A stretch of DNA of 7,926 nt from Rotaria sordida (lineage: Eukaryota), in contig CAJNOU010001932.1 in assembly GCA_905252715.1 (NCBI GenBank), positions 10,922 to 18,847 of the forward strand, given 5' to 3'. Positions 7,483 to 7,926 of this stretch are shown piece after piece; the first letter of the stretch is position 1; every line of letters begins with the position of its first letter. The notes under the pieces were generated by a model. It was given only the letters and a program-made list of their open reading frames with translations, was not told where the DNA came from and made no database searches. The translations under genes were made by a program, and so were the position numbers.

Positions 7483-7616
7483 CAGTTTCGGGTTCCGTTT
7501 CGAGGAACCCGGAACCTACGCGGGTTCCGTTTCGAGGAACCCGGAACCTACGCGGGTTCCGAGTTCCCAGGAACGAGAACCCAAACGTCATGGGGTTCCT
7601 GGGTTCTCAGGAACCC
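7483..7616 (+). other. 134-bp GGTTCC/GGAACC hairpin-rich module sandwiched between two G-strand tracts; unclassified repeat-family member
   Basis: It starts (GT)GTCAGTTTCGGGTTCCG. Hairpins include cgggttcc-gtttcga-ggaacccg (8-bp stem, present twice) and gggttcctg-ggttct-caggaaccc (9-bp stem, 7593-7616). Related sequence occurs at 6054-6100, at 6790-6870 (inverted) and at 6961-6997 (inverted). Confidence 0.6.
7489..7552 (+). repeat. perfect 32-bp tandem duplication (7489-7520, 7521-7552) plus a 10-bp partial third copy
   Basis: The unit cgggttccgtttcgaggaacccggaacctacg is repeated exactly. A third copy begins at 7553 as cgggttccga and then diverges. Confidence 0.9.
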
Positions 7617-7805
7617 GGGTGTGGGTGTGGGTATGGGTGGGTGTGTGTGGGTATGGGTGGGTGTGTGTGGGTATGGGTGGGTGTGTGTGGGTGTGGGTGT
7701 GGGTATGGGTATGGGTGGGTGTGTGCGGGTGTGGGTGTGTGGGTGTGGGTGTGGGTCTGGGTCTGGGTGCGAGTGTGGGTGTGCGTGTGCGTGGGTGTCG
7801 GTGTC
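7617..7805 (+). repeat. G-strand telomere-like array with variant units and a 20-bp higher-order repeat
   Basis: Runs of GGGTGT, GGGTAT, GGGTGG, GGGTCT and GTGCGT are visible. The unit gtatgggtgggtgtgtgtgg occurs three times exactly, at 7631-7650, 7651-7670 and 7671-7690. The array becomes more degenerate toward 7805. Confidence 0.9.
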
Positions 7806-7822
7806 TTTTTTCTTTCTGTCAC

Positions 7823-7926
7823 ATCCACACCCACCCCACAAAACCCACACCCACACCCACACCCACACCCATACCCACACCCACACCCCCACCCACCCAC
7901 ACCCCCCCATCCCCACACCCCCCCCC
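7823..7926 (+). repeat. C-strand telomere-like array, inverted relative to 7617-7805, running to the window edge
   Basis: The array reads tccacacccaccccacaaaacccacacccacacccacacccacacccatacccacacccacaccccc.. and ends in poly-C-rich degenerate units. It is separated from the G-strand array by the 17-bp spacer ttttttctttctgtcac(a). Confidence 0.9.

Noticed and set aside
7391-7918. Three long minus-strand ORFs (7391..7591, 7548..7916, 7607..7918) encoding H/T/P- or G/W/V/C-rich peptides.
   Set aside because: They are pure translation artefacts of the hexamer arrays. A period-6 repeat has no stops in several frames. The three ORFs overlap each other in different frames, and their composition is low-complexity.
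7823-7926. A genuine chromosome-terminal telomere at the right edge of the window.
   Set aside because: A true right-hand end should read G-strand 5' to 3' on the plus strand, but this block is C-strand. It is therefore interstitial or inverted, or an assembly fold-back. The increasingly poly-C-rich units at the very end also look like low-quality or degenerate sequence.
1-7926. Any prokaryotic-style novel system (defence island, toxin-antitoxin, retron, operon).
   Set aside because: The only credible coding sequence is a spliced eukaryotic gene. The ORF-track start codons marked M are frequently TTG or GTG inside exons. There are no clustered co-oriented ORFs, RBS-like spacing or other bacterial signatures.

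Overview
This is a eukaryotic, AT-rich window, not a prokaryotic one. I found no operon, defence-type or other multi-gene system. The centre (1786-4898, minus strand) holds one intact six-exon gene for a GH2 lysosomal-type beta-mannosidase (MANBA-like). The CDS is 2676 nt (891 aa). All five introns are GT-AG: four are 55-73 bp and the first is 195 bp. No other listed ORF looks like real coding sequence. The unusual content is non-coding and lies in the flanks. (1) Two adjacent non-autonomous DNA transposons have Ac/hAT-type termini (TAGGGATG...). The first (5024-5847) has a perfect 8-bp target-site duplication. The second (5866-7171) is foldback-like, with roughly 210-230 bp inverted arms. (2) Inside the second element is a palindromic array of 34-bp repeats, seven units facing five. 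(3) There are several tracts of a TGTGGG/CCCACA-type hexamer. As I recall, this is the telomeric repeat reported for bdelloid rotifers. Two of these tract pairs are head-to-head G-strand/C-strand junctions (664-740 and 7617-7926). (4) A 134-bp GGTTCC/GGAACC hairpin-rich module sits between two G-strand tracts, with relatives inside the foldback element. (5) A 90-bp inverted repeat at the left edge is about 96% identical, but the two arms diverge abruptly at their inner ends. All coordinates and identities come from hand alignment. The taxon and element-family assignments are inferences that need database searches.
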